Origin: Octopus vulgaris
Lineage: Eukaryota
DNA length: 64,000 nucleotides
NCBI GenBank assembly: GCA_951406725.2
Contig: OX597821.1
Coordinates: 868,001 to 932,000, forward strand
Reading direction: 5' to 3'
Below the pieces are notes generated by a model, which was not told the origin of the DNA, searched no databases, and saw nothing but the letters and a program-made list of their open reading frames with translations. Positions 1 to 14,262 of this stretch are shown piece by piece; position 1 is the first letter of the stretch; each line of letters starts with the position of its first letter. The translations under genes were made by a program, and so were the position numbers.

Positions 1-180
1 TGCCAAGCTGTATCGACCTTTGTCTTTCCCTTGGATAACACTGGTGGCGTAGAGAGGGAGGCTGGTATGCATGGGCGACTGCTGGTCTTCCATAAACAAC
101 CTTGCCCGGACTTGTGTCTAGGAGGGTAACTTTCTAGGTGCAATCCCATGGTCATTCATGACCGAAGGGGTCTTTACCCT
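1..180 (+). mobile_element. 3' part of a tRNA/CORE-type SINE (tail ...GAAGGGGGTCTTTACCCT)
   Basis: The same sequence recurs reverse-complemented at 3036-3180, continuing into a tRNA-like head at 3715-3905, and partially at ~39586-39650 and ~45647-45710. Confidence 0.7.
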
Positions 181-1910
<1,730 letters not shown>

Positions 1911-2139
1911 GGGAAGAAATAGGAGGGATCAACAATTTTCGGCTGATTTCACTGGCAATAGTCTGAGAAAATGGACAGAATATATGGATCGGTCAGTTCA
2001 AATTTATATTTGGACAGAAAAAGACATTTCCATTTTCGTCCCTGTTATTGATTGAAAGGAGAGAATGGGTGAAATGTTCTTTTTACATATACCACATGTG
2101 GGACAAACAAACATTATATCTGTGAAGGTGGTTGGGGTG

Positions 2140-2174
<35 letters not shown>

Positions 2175-2283
2175 ATGGAGAGGGAAGCTGTCTGTATGCA
2201 TATATATATAGTCTTATAAATATATGAGCATATAAATGCAAAAATACACACACAAATACAATCTATCTATCTATCTATCTATG

Positions 2284-2318
<35 letters not shown>

Positions 2319-3035
2319 ATGCATACACACATCTGTATGTATAAGTATATATATATAAACATATTGTATATAATACACACACAAATGCACCCATATATTG
2401 AGTTCTATTTCAATTTGTTTTGCCAAACACTCATACATTAGAAAGCCTAATATAAACTTGATGTAGTTAGGTTATAGTTTTTACCACCTACACTATGGAA
2501 AGTAAACAAATGTGAACACACTTTATTATTCTTTCAGTATCAGAAAATAAATGAGATTATCCTAACAGGTTTCATGGCTGGTTGACCACTCTTTGGACAC
2601 CAAGCAGAAATCACCCTATGGCCTACGAAGAGAACTTTATAGTAGCAGCTATTTAAATTAATCACAAACTAGTAATTCAGCTGAAAATGGCTAGATCAAT
2701 TTATATATTGTACATTTACTGGTGAAGTGATAAAACACTTGATTGTATGTGCAAGGAGAATATGTAAGATAAATATATGATTGTACACACACATGCAAAT
2801 GCAAAGATATGTACACAAGTGCATACATACACATGCAGATATATGCATACAGAAAAATACATACACACAATTGCTGTGATGCATATATATACTCCTCAAT
2901 CAGTTGACAACTGTTTTCCATGCTGGCATGGGTTGGACGGTTTGACAGGAGCTGGGAAGACAGAGGTCTGTATCAGGCTCCAGTGTCTGCTTTGGCATGG
3001 TTTCTATGTTTGGATGCCTTTCGTAACATATAATA

Positions 3036-3905
3036 GGGTGAAGACCCCCTTCAGTCATGAATGACCATAAGATTGCACCTAGAAAGTTCCCCTCTGAGGC
3101 ACAAATCTAGGCAAGGTTGCTTATGGAAGACCAGCAGTTGCTCATGCATACCACTCTCCCCTCTCCACACCACTGATGTCTTAAGCTATCAGATGTGGCG
3201 TACTGGCAGTTTTTTTTCTTTTCCAATGTGCCAGGGACCAGTAATATCCCTTAGTAATATTAATTTATACTAGAAACAATATATATATATATAATGAATG
3301 TAATGAAAAGTTGACAATTTTTTATCTTATATTTATTTTGTAAACATATAATTTTTTTTTTTTTTTACTCTAGTTACAAAACCCGAAACTTTTGGGGAAG
3401 GGGCCAGTTGATTATATTGACTCCAGTATGCAACTGGTGCTTAATCTATTGATCCCGAAAGGATGAAAGGCGAAGTCGACCTCAGTGGAATTTGAGCTCA
3501 GAAAGTAAAGACAGACGAAATACAGCTAAGCATTTTATAAACAAATAATACAATATTACATAAGCTGATAAGTTGTTTACTGCAGTGCATAAGGCAATAT
3601 TACTGAAATTATGCTATTGTCTTTTTCTTTTCTGGAAACTCACCACATACCAACAGCTGATGGCTCACGGGCCAGCACTGGTCTGCAGACCACTACTTTG
3701 AGTAGCACTGGTCTAAGGGAAAGGCAAAGGCCAATACAGCTTAGCACCAGTGATGTCGCAAGTCATTTCTACAGATGAGTGAACTGGTGCAATGTGAAAT
3801 AAAATGTCTTGCTCAAAAACACAACACATAACCCAGTCTGGGAATCAAACTCACTACCTCATGATTGTAAGCCCAACACTCTAACCACTGAGCCATTTAC
3901 CTTCA
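3036..3905 (-). mobile_element. tRNA/CORE-type SINE split by a ~530 bp nested insertion (hAT-like end plus a second SINE fragment)
   Basis: Head and core at 3715-3905 and tail at 3036-3180 join to match 1-180. The intervening DNA has a CTTTGAGTAGCACTG hAT-like end and a SINE-A fragment at ~3385-3535. Confidence 0.55.
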
Positions 3906-6642
3906 TCTAACATAAATAAGCATAAAAATGATTAGACAACAGAGAGGAATCTTTATAATAGCAGTGGTGCCATATACATTTGGTAAAGTGTGGGCAAATG
4001 AATGGAAATGTAGGGTAAGAAGGATTCTTTATTCTTGCCGAGGACAAAACAGCATCTTTGCCTAAAATGTTCTGCAACATGTGTGGTGTTAAGAAGGCCC
4101 ACTTAACAGCTGAAACTAGGCCAAAATGGAATGCACAAGTGAGGAGAGGTCATCAAAGGGTTAGGGTTAGGGTTAGGGTGAAGGAGAGCATTTACTCTAA
4201 GAGCCAACTTGGACTGAGAAGACCAACCTAACACCCTGCCAGCATAGAAGACATATAAAATGGTGAGGATGAAGATGATATATACACTTGTACATAAAAC
4301 TCACACTCATGCTTATATATACATCTATCAAATTGCATATATAGACACATACATACATGTCAAATTCTATGGAGCTAGTAATAATACAAATGAATAACTA
4401 CATAACTGCAGTAGTCACCTTATTTTTGCCCCATTCATCCAATCTCTGAAGAGCATGTGATAGGACAGCCATGCTGGTTTTAATACCCAGTGTGAAACCA
4501 ATTACTAAGATCAGCTGCAAAGGATCTATAATACTGTATATATTGATGAAAACGCATAAGTTGCAATGACTATAACACATGGATCCAATCCATCAATCTG
4601 AATGTATTTATACACGCATGTATGTATATTAGTGTTTATACATATATGCTTTTATAACACACACACACACACAAATATTTTACATACAACTTGCACTGCA
4701 AGACACTCCCTGGAGATAACGATGATTTCAGAACTTTCCAACAATATCGTTTCCTCCTGTTGTACCAAACAACATCGACGCTACCAGAAATGTCTTGGTT
4801 CTTTCGCCTTACACTCTTCAACACGTTTTCCTTATCCAAGCCGTCCCCACACCTAACTAGGTACAGCTGTAACCACTCCAATGTTACAAGTATTTCGTTT
4901 TACTTTTCGCTATGAATTTGTTCATTGCTCTCTGCTTTGGTCCTTTTCTCACATGCCTCTGTTACATCTACGACGAGGCATTTTTCTGCTTTTTTCTCTA
5001 TACGTACTATACACTATAAATATTTGCTGCTGTGTTTATTTACATATACGGAGGAAAGAGAAAGGAAGAAAAGAACCTCTCCCTTGTGAGTGCTTATGTG
5101 TGTAGATGAAGAAAAGTATGTGTGCGCGTATTTGCAGGTAAATGTATGTGTGTGTAAATGTAGATAAGGGACGTGTACTAGTGTGTGTGTATGAGTAAAC
5201 ACGTGCAGAGGAATGTAAAGAAAAGGGGAAAATGAAAGCAAGATGAAAATCTGCGAAAGAGAAAGATTAAGAGGAAGAAAACTAAACAATGAAAGCAAAT
5301 CAAAGAAAAGAAAAACAAAAACGGAAGAATGAAAACGAAAGTAGAAAAACAATGAATGACACAATAAAGAGTTCAAAGGGAAGGGGAGGTAATCCAATAA
5401 CATTTATTTTGAAGTACATGAAATGGTGGTCCAGTTGTCTCTTTGAATCTTCTTTCTCTTTTTGTTCTGACGGAATGAAAATTCTTTAGTTGTAAAGAAG
5501 CACCAACATAACAATGGCTTCAGTTCTTTTAATGGTTATGTTGTTAGGTTTCTACGCAGGAACTTTGCTTTTGGTTGAGAATTTATTTTGTAAATAGTCC
5601 TGCTTAGTTTCTCTTCTATTCTCTTACCTTTATTAAGCTGTTGTCACTTCGTCTCTCTCTTTCTTCTTCTTCTCTCTCTCTCTCCCATTGAGCTTGTCTT
5701 TCTACCTTTTTACTATAGTTTCACAGGCCATCATTCCTTGCCCCACCCCTCTCTCTCTCTGTCAGTGTGTGTATAAATTTGCTCTGGTGTGAATGTGCGT
5801 ATATATGCGGTGCAGCATGCCTATAGACATATATGTTGCAAGTACGCCTATTTGTGTGCACGCGTGCATGTATATATGCATGTATGGGTGTTTTAGATAT
5901 CTTCAACCTTTAACGTCCGTTTTCCATGCTGGCATGAGTAGATTATATATATATATATATATATATAAACAAACACACACACGACTTTATAATCATTAAT
6001 ATATACATTTTTTTAATATCTACACATACACAAAAGACGAGAGCATAAGTTAATATTGTGTGATATTAAGAACGATTGTCTCAGTTTTAACAATGGACCA
6101 GCATCACAATCTGTGTTAACAATCTCAGCTTCATCTCCATATCTATATTATCATCATATTTTCTTTATCGTCGTTAGTATTACTAAGCCAGTTTAATCAA
6201 ATCCAGATGTACAATATAAACAACTAAATGAACATCTATCTCAGCACTTCTTACTCCATGTATGTCTACATATACTATACATACATACACACACACATAT
6301 ATACGTACATATACACATCACATACATACACACACACACATATATACACATACATAAAATGGCAGAACCGTTACTGCTGTAGTAGAGTAGAAGTATATAT
6401 ATTTTGTATCTCTTACTTGTTTCAGTCTTTAGACTGTGGCCATGCTGGGGCACTGCCTTGAAGAATTTTTAGTCAAATGAATTGATCCAAGGACATACCA
6501 TTTTTTTTTTTCGATAAAGCCTGGTACTTCTTTTGCTGATCTACTTAGTTACAAGGATGTAAATATACCAGCACCGGTTATCAAGCAGTGGTGGAGGACA
6601 ACCACATGATAGGCTTCTTTCAGTTTCCCTCTATCAAATCCA

Positions 6643-6689
<47 letters not shown>

Positions 6690-8884
6690 AAAAATGTGTG
6701 TTCAAGAGAACATGTGTAACTGAAAAAAAAATTTGAAAGACGAAGAAAAATTTGTATACACGTGTGTGTGTGTGTGTGTGTAAGAGGGGGAAGAGTTTTG
6801 GTTGTTGATGCTGATGATGTTGACTGTGCCATTGCCAGCAAATATCTTTTAAAAGTGTTTAATGGAAATGATACACTCACTATCACCACTGTTATCATCA
6901 TCATCATCACTACTGCAGTCCCATCATTACCACACCACCATCATCACCATCATCACCATCATCAACTGTATGAATGTTTAGGTATGTGTTTCCTTACTTC
7001 CTGTTAAGTTAATTTTGCTTGGAGAACATTCGGTGATTGTTGCTATCATTCTATACCTAACTCCCTGCCCCCACACCCATTGCACAAACACTCCCTCACC
7101 CAAACATCATCATCAGAGAATTGCTAAATGCCACCAACAACGCTCTCATCACTGTCGCTACTTTCTCAACAAATATGAAAACAAAATATACAAATAGTAA
7201 TTTATTAAGCGAACTGGTGGCAGAGTTGTTAGAATCATTGACTGAAATGCCCTGTGGGTATTTGTTCCACCTTTTTGCATTCTGAGTTCAGTTTTTGCCT
7301 TTTATCTTTCTGGGAATCAATAAATATATTAACCCTCCAAGGGAGTGGTCTGGGAAAATAATTGAGCGACTGGAAGTAATATCAGTGGTTTTGTTCCTGC
7401 ACTTTGTGTTCTGAGTTCAAATCCTGCTGTGACTTACTTGGCAGGGAGTGTGTGTGTGGCGGGGCAGTGTACTTAATCTGTAACCTTGTTTAACATCATT
7501 ACCTGGTACTTGGGTGTCATTAGTGGATGGAGTTCTTCACACCTGCAAGAATTATTTCAATCAGGTCTCTTGTTTAAAGATATCTCTTTCCCTCCTCCTT
7601 TTGCAACAGTCTTGAAAGCCCCGTAACCAGTAATAGATATTGTCTGTCCTCTCTCTCTCTCTCTCTCTCACACACACTCATACACACACAGAATTTTTCA
7701 AAAGGGCAATGGTAGCAGAGAAATTGCCAGGATTAAATGGTAAAATCCTGGGAAAAGCTGGGAAGAAGGTTTACTCAGAATTGTGTAGTCTTGGAAGACC
7801 TTTAAAGGGTTTTGTATATCATTTTCCTATGATGAGATGGTAACAAAAAGAAAAAAATATTTGCCACAAGGGCAATGGTTGATGAGACCTAACCAGAATA
7901 AATGACAAAAATGCTGACAGGATCGGTTTACATAGGATAAAATAGGAAAACAACAACAACAAAGAATGATAAAAAATATAAAGAAGGAAATGAAACATTC
8001 CAATACTGGGAGAGAGAGAAACCCAGCAAAGGGCAAACTAGGAAAACACCTATAATACGAGCTGTTGACAGAGCCTGTGTGATTGTTGTCATTGTTAGAG
8101 CTTAGTAGTTTAGCCTCATGACAATCCTAGTTGCACAGATCTAATGATCAGAAGCAATCTAGCCATGACTGTTTCATTTATTTTTCTAATCTGCAGAAAA
8201 TTCAGTTTTGAACAAATATCAGAAATGATTTCATATTCAAAGAGCTCTGGTTTTTCAGCTTTCTTTTCATTGAAACTCACATCCTTTGTCAAAACACATT
8301 AGTGAAGGATTTACCCCTTGTTTATCACAATTTTCTGTCGTATTAACCCCAATGAAATCCTCCTCCACCAGAGCCAGTTCTTGTGTGCCTCAATCATCCT
8401 GAAAGCTAAGCCAACCGATAGATCAAAGGATAGAGACCACGTCTTCCTTGGGGTGAAAACGGGTTTGTGTAGGGCCAATACCCCTCACCATCATTTAATA
8501 CCCATTTTCCATACTGGCATGGGTTGAATGGTTTCACAGGAGCTGCACCAGGCTCCATTTGTTTTTATAGCTTGGTTTCTATGGCTGGATACCCTTCCTG
8601 ATGCCAGCCACTTTACAGAGCATAATGGGTGCATTTTACATGACTCCTCTATGGGTGCTTTTTTTATGTGATGCCAGCAACAGAAGAATCGATGGCAGTC
8701 CAAAACCAAGAAGAACTGTGAGAGGAAAGACAGCTTAGAGTTAAGAATAGTGGAGAAAAGTTGTTGAAGTGCTTAAGTAACCCCCTACCAAATACCTGGG
8801 GTTTCTATAAAGAATACAAGGTCATCAACTGAAGCCTCTAGATTAGTCAAACTTAATGAAAATTCATTTCCCTCTTCTCTAAAA

Positions 8885-9214
8885 CAGTGGTTTTCAACTG
8901 TGATCCATATAATCCTAAGGGGGTCCACCATGCAAGCAAATTAGTAAACTGGGGATGCACAGTAGCATATTAAGGGTCTATAAAAAAGTTTTGAGTTAGA
9001 TGTATTTGTTGGAAGAGGGAGCTAAATTTCTTTATCAAATGTTTTACATAGCTCCACCTACAGAAGTGAATGTGATAAAACAAAATAGGAATTTTGAAAG
9101 AAATATCTATAAAACTAGTTTTTAAACATTGAATGGTTATGAGAGGTCGACCAGAATAAAACAGTAATCAAGAGGGTCCATAAACAAAACAGAAACAAAG
9201 GTTGAGAATCACTA
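8885..9214. mobile_element. hAT (Charlie-like) MITE
   Basis: Termini CAGTGGTTTTCAAC / GTTGAGAATCACTA; 8-bp flanks CTCTAAAA / CTCTAAAT. Related copies at ~18465-18721 and 62425-63097. Confidence 0.75.
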
Positions 9215-9408
9215 CTCTAAATAATGGACCAGTTTCTAGAGATAATAATAATAATAATAATAATAAAACTGATGTGATGAGGATGGAGCTTCTAGAGATC
9301 CTGAAAAATATTTGGAGCTTAAGTTCTATATTTAAGAGATGAGGAATTATGTACATTATTTACATTATTTACATTTGATGGATTTTTGTCCTCATCTTGT
9401 TTGTTGTT

Positions 9409-9454
9409 AACACAACGTTTCGGCTGATATACCCTCCAGCCTTCATCAGGTGTC
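9409..9454 (-). ncRNA. minimal type I hammerhead ribozyme-like motif
   Basis: Minus strand reads GACAC-CUGAUGA-A-GGCUG(GAGGGUAUAU)CAGCC-GAAAC-GUU-GUGUU. Stems I and II pair; stem III is a loopless ACGU palindrome. Confidence 0.65.
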
Positions 9455-9602
9455 TTGGGGAAATTTCGGATCTGGGTTCTCATTCCTAAGGTATTTTTCA
9501 ATGTTATCATTATTATTATTATTATTCAGGTCACAGCTTAGAATCAAATAATAACATTGAAAAATACCTTAGGAATGAGAACCCAGGTTCAAAATTTCCC
9601 AA

Positions 9603-9648
9603 GACACCTGATGAAGGCTTGAGGGTATATCAGCCGAAACGTTGTGTT
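9603..9648 (+). ncRNA. minimal type I hammerhead ribozyme-like motif
   Basis: GACAC-CTGATGA-A-GGCT...AGCC-GAAAC-GTT-GTGTT; inverted partner of 9409-9454. Confidence 0.6.
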
Positions 9649-9702
9649 AACAACAAACAAGATGAGGACAAATATCCGTTGAATGTAAATAATGTAAATT
9701 AA

Positions 9703-10368
9703 GTTATTTACTCGAGAACATTTCAATGACCTTGTTAGCAACCTACTGTTGTTGGAGGTTGAGCTTATCATCTCTACACTGAACAAAACTAATTTACTTG
9801 ATCAAAATGCAAAAGTGACTTACTATTGAAAGCAACACTTTAATTGGTAACATCATCATCATCATCATGTATTACATTAGATGGTCCATTCTGCAATAGC
9901 AGTGACATCAATGAATTCTTCACAAACTTGTCTCAGACTTCTAGAGTACCTGACTGGCACCTTTTCATTGATTCGTTACAAAGAAGCTTGAAAGTAGTTC
10001 TACGTAACAAGAATGTAAAGCTATGCATTCCTTATTGTCCAAGCTGTCCACATAATAGAAACATATGTCAAACATGGAATACTGCTTGACACTATTCAAT
10101 ACCACGTTCGTAAATGGAATACTATGTAGATCTCAGTTATTTGAAAGCTAATGGGCACACGAACAGGATTTACAAAGCACCGCTGCTTCTTATATTTATA
10201 GAATGGTTGTGTTACTGGCGATCACTATATCAAACCTTTCTAACGTGAGCAGTGTCTAATCTGTCTCTTTACCTGGCTTCTATGACATTCTCTAAACTAA
10301 ACTTGATTTAATGAAAAATTTTGCCAAAGAAATAGTTAATCCAAGAGAACTTCAATACCTTTGTGGAC

Positions 10369-10370
<2 letters not shown>
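9703..10370 (+). pseudogene. degenerate Chapaev3-like (CMC) transposase fragment
   Basis: Frameshifted translation gives FNDLV..., DWHLFIDSLQRSLKVVL, GFTKHRCFLYL and LKLDLMKNFAK. These resemble the recalled Chapaev3 motifs WRLFIDSSKxSLKAVLLH, GYTKYPCFLCLW and IKLGLMKNFVK. Confidence 0.7.
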
Positions 10371-10409
<39 letters not shown>

Positions 10410-10412
<3 letters not shown>

Positions 10413-10614
10413 CTGTCCCAAAAGTTGCACACCATTCTGGTTTTCATTAAAAATTATTAAAGCGATTTATTTTATTATATTTTTTCGGCATGTTTTATTG
10501 TAGAGGGTGCTCAATTTGAGCATTTGTTAGAATTAATTTCAATAAAGTGCTTTTGAAATCAGTAAGGGTGTATTCTTTTAAAAAACCAGCGTGTGCAACT
10601 TCTGGGACACCCAG
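10410..10614. mobile_element. Tc1/mariner-type MITE
   Basis: TIRs CAGCTGTCCCAAAAGTTGCACAC / GTGTGCAACTTCTGGGACACCCAG, flanked by TA on both sides. Confidence 0.75.
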
Positions 10615-10636
10615 TATGTATATGTGTATATATATA

Positions 10637-11295
10637 GGTGCAGGTGTGGCTGAATGGTAAGAAGCTTGCTTACCAACCACATGGTTCCAGGTTCAGTCCC
10701 TCTGCGTGGCACCTTGAGCAAGTGTGTTCTACTATAGCCTCGGACCGACCAAAGCTTTGTGATTGGATTTGGCAGACATAAACTGAAGGAGCCCTGTCAT
10801 ATATACATGTATATATATCTGTGTGTGTGGGTGGGTGTGTGTCTTTATGTCTGTGTTTGTCCCCACATGCTTGACAACTGGTATTGGTGTATTAGGCGAG
10901 CTGGCAGAAACGTTAGCGTGCCGGACGAAATGCTGAGCGGTATTTCGTCTGCCGCTACGTTCTGAGTTCAAATTCCACCAAGGTTGACTTTGCCTTTCAT
11001 CCTTTCGGGGTCGATAAATTAAGTACCAGTTACGCACTGGGGTCGATGTAATCGACTTAATACCTATGGCTGTCCTTGTTTGTCCCCTCTATGTTTAGCC
11101 CCTTGTGGGTAATAAAGAAATAGAAATAGGTATTGGTGTATTAGCATCCCCATAGCTTTGTGGTTCAGCAAAAGAGACCAATAGAATAAGTACCAAGTTT
11201 AAAAATTAAGCATTGGGGTTGATTCATTCCACTAAAAATTGAAGGCAGTGCCCCAGCATGGCCTCAGTCTAATGACTGAAATAAGTAAAGAAAGA
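10637..11295 (+). mobile_element. SINE family B (tRNA head, CORE-like CCTTGRGCAAGTG, internal (TG)n), interrupted by a SINE-A copy
   Basis: A/B-box-like TGGCTGAATGG and GGTTCAGTCCC; homologous to 37580-38005, 49947-50275 and others. Confidence 0.8.
10896..11128 (+). mobile_element. SINE family A (GGCGAGCTGGCAGAAACG head; GCCTTTCATCCTTTCGGGGTCGATAAA central domain) with 16-bp TSD
   Basis: Flanked by GGTATTGGTGTATTAG at 10880-10895 and 11129-11144; near-identical to 62142-62372 and 22453-22660. Confidence 0.85.
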
Positions 11296-11318
11296 TATAT
11301 ATATATATTTATATATGT

Positions 11319-11680
11319 GAAGGTGCAGTGGACTTGAGGTCGTTGGATCGCAGTTTCGATTCCTAGACTGGGTGTTGTGAGTGTTTATTGAGTGAAAACA
11401 CCTAAAGCTCCACGAGGCTCTGGCAGGGGGTGGTGGCGAACCCTGCTGTACTCTTTCCCCACAACTTTCTCTCACTCTTTCTTCCTATTTCTGTTGTACC
11501 TTTATTTCAATGGGTCAGCCTTGTCACACACTGTAGCATGCTGAATCTCCCCGAGAACTATGTGAAGGGTACACGTGTCTGTAGAGTGCTCAGCCACTTA
11601 CACATTAATTTCATGAGCAGACTATTCTGTTGATCGGATCAACTGGAACCTTTGTCGTTGTAACCGACAGAGTGCCACAA
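11319..11680 (+). mobile_element. SINE family C (tRNA head), tail type a
   Basis: Shares GTTGTGAGTGTTTATTGAG...CAACTTTCTCTCACTCTTT with five other copies in the window; its 3' part is distinct. Confidence 0.7.
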
Positions 11681-11683
11681 TGA

Positions 11684-11714
<31 letters not shown>

Positions 11715-11935
11715 CTTTATTTAAAAGCAGCTGAAATATCGTTTATGCTAGTTTTGATCAATTTTGTCATCTCACTTCTATTTTAACAAAACTGTCCGAC
11801 GAACGGGAACACGAAACTCCGAGTAACAGCTTTCGTTAAATTTCTGCTGCTTTTAAAAAAAGCATATTATTCTACCTCTGGTATTTGAGTACTCTTTTTT
11901 CCACCTTGTTTCACATTTATGTGTTTACTCCGGTA
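11715..11935 (+). mobile_element. Penelope-like remnant with a variant hammerhead-like motif (11792-11829)
   Basis: CTGT-CCGACGA...GAAAC-TCCGA-GTA-ACAG. The short inverted repeat CTTTATTTAAAAGCAGC / GCTGCTTTTAAAAAAAG brackets it. Confidence 0.5.
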
Positions 11936-12300
11936 TATATATATATATATATATATATTATTACAGCAGTTGGATTTAGTTCTATGTGACAAAGTTTCAC
12001 TGGCCTCTAACAGAAGCCTTGTTGCTTTCAAGCTTTAGATTACCGAATATATATATAATTATCACTTAATGTTCATTTTTCCATGCTTTTCCAAGTCAGT
12101 TCTTATTCCTAGATGGAGTTAGGGAATCAAATCTTGCAAATTACATTTCAATTTTCACTTGTCTTCTATGGTTGGATGTCCTTCCTAACACCAACTATAA
12201 TCTACATAAGGGTAAGAATGAAATTTGTTCAAGAGGTGCAAATCCTGTTTTTTAGGAGGATGTTGAAAGCATTTTTATTGTTCCACCAAAATGTTATGCG

Positions 12301-12724
12301 CAGGGCTGGAATATGACCCATCAAGGTCCTAAGCACTTAAAAGATTTTGGTACCCCCGTAGAAGATTATGTAATTCAAAATATAAACAATAACAAACCAT
12401 AAAATAAATTTTTATTTTTCAAAACGAAATGAAACAGTAAGAGGGAAAAATTTTTATTTTTGTATACTTCCACTTAATTTGTATCTGAAAAGTTTCTTCC
12501 TATTTTTTGGAATTGCAAAGTCTTTGATTAGATCCTCAAAATTAATCTTAGGTAACACATCTGCATCTATACTAAGTAGTGATAAAGGCAACCTGAATGT
12601 TATTTAAGAAAGTTTAAAGTGATTTCTTTTGTGCCGTAAACCAGTTACCATTTATGTGGTGCCCCTTCCTTTTCTTGATGCCCTAAGCACGTGATTTTTT
12701 TACTTTATGGTTAATCCAACGCTG
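12301..12724 (-). mobile_element. non-autonomous hAT element retaining the transposase C-terminus
   Basis: TIRs CAGGGCTGGAATA / TAATCCAACGCTG; imperfect 8-bp flanks GTTATGCG / GTTAAGGG. Minus strand ~12490-12585 encodes LSLLSIDADVLPKINFEDLIKDFAIPKNRKK, like the end of the hAT dimerization domain. Confidence 0.7.
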
Positions 12725-13434
12725 GTTAAGGGTTATGCTTGCACCCTTCTACCCTTGTTCCAGACCCTGAGATAATATATTACAAGAATACTCGACCACA
12801 ACTGCTGTTGTTGATGTTAGCTCCAGATCAATAACTCTAAAAATACAATTCCTGTTTATTGATTTCACTCACAAGATATTAGTTAACTCAAGAAGACACT
12901 TGCCCAATGTTCCGTGGAGTGGGAGAGAGCTTTAAAAGGCCACATGGTAACAGAAGAAACTTCTTATCTATACCACCTTGCTGGTACCACATGTGGAATA
13001 TGCAAGACATCAAAACGAAGAATGGAGAATCTTCAAAGTTTATTTATTATTCAAGCATTTTCCTCAGATTACATTCCAACTCGTGTTTCTGTTAAGTGTC
13101 TTAATATCCTTTCATATAATAGTTCCATGCATTTAGTTGATTTATATTAAATAAATTGCCTCTTATTGAATCTTAAACGATTCTAAACATTTCCTTTCTT
13201 TTGATGTGGTTAGCTAAACCAAGATTTCATCAGAGCTAATAAGGTATCTGCCCAAATTTCAAATCCTCCTTCCTTTATGTTATGTATATATAGCTATCCT
13301 CTAGGAAATAGTTTTAATAAATGAAGCATACATATTGAATAGTATTTACTATACCTGTATTTGTCTATGTTGTTCAAATACGTGCCTCTGATTTATTTAT
13401 CTTAATTCATTTTTGTTCCTATGCATATAGAAAA

Positions 13435-13593
13435 CAGGCGCGGTCCCAGGAATTTTTTCGAAAGGAGGGCACAAAGTCACAATTCCAGAAGAAACGGGTA
13501 TAATAACATTATTTAGAAGGGGGTACTTCTTTTCTTGAGGTGGTGGGGGACCCGTACTCCTCATGCCACCCCTCGCCCTTGGTTCCACCCCTG
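13435..13593. mobile_element. 159-bp MITE with 5-bp TSD (hAT5-like)
   Basis: Termini CAGGCGCGGTCCCA / TGGTTCCACCCCTG; GAAAA on both sides. Confidence 0.6.
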
Positions 13594-13860
13594 GAAAACA
13601 CATAGTAAATGGTCCACTAGCACTCGAGAAAACTGAGTCCTCATCTCGTCCCTTTTGCTAAAAAGGTTTGCAAGGCATCAACAAGCCTCAAGAAACACAT
13701 TCGCGTTCATAGATCACGATTACTGCTTTATTTTGCTGAGCCCACATTTGTCGTTCATGTCGAGAGAATCCCTCATATATGTATCGTTTGTAGAAAAACA
13801 TAGATCCGGATAAGAAGCACACTCTACGGTGCAGAGCAGTTAATATTATAATGAGAAGAG

Positions 13861-13989
13861 GTTTATGAGGTTACCCTGAGTTTCCCGTCCATATTTTGAA
13901 GAGGTCTTAGGCCAACAGGTATGGGGCTTGACGATACGCCGTAAGGCCAAACCCGTTATGGACGAGAAGCCCAGGGTAACACCATGAAC
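13861..13989. repeat. short inverted-repeat element (~33 bp imperfect arms)
   Basis: GTTTATGAGGTTACCCTGAGTTTCCCGTCCATA (13861-13893) versus the reverse complement of 13957-13989. Confidence 0.65.
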
Positions 13990-14007
13990 CGGTCTCTCTC
14001 TCTCTCT

Positions 14008-14063
<56 letters not shown>

Positions 14064-14198
14064 TTTTTGATTTGAAAACCCCACTAGAATGGGAGAAAGC
14101 GCTAATGATCTGAATGATATGATATATATGTAAAAAATGTAATATATAAATAAAGATCTGTAAATATAAACCATCCGATCTTCTGATTACCTCATTTC

Positions 14199-14262
<64 letters not shown>

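Larger units (their letters stand above)
9318..9700. mobile_element. Penelope-like element remnant: inverted pair of pseudo-LTR segments
   Basis: ~150 bp inverted arms (9358-9510 and 9548-9699), each carrying a hammerhead-like core. Confidence 0.7.

Noticed and set aside
4157-4179. (TTAGGG)3 interstitial telomeric repeat
   Set aside because: Too short to imply a fusion or healing site in such repeat-rich DNA.
4419-4597. Possible minus-strand exon (CAG acceptor, ATG GCT..., AAG|GTGACT; MAVLSHALQRLDEWGKNK)
   Set aside because: Weak donor, upstream ATGs with stops, and no compatible next exon found.
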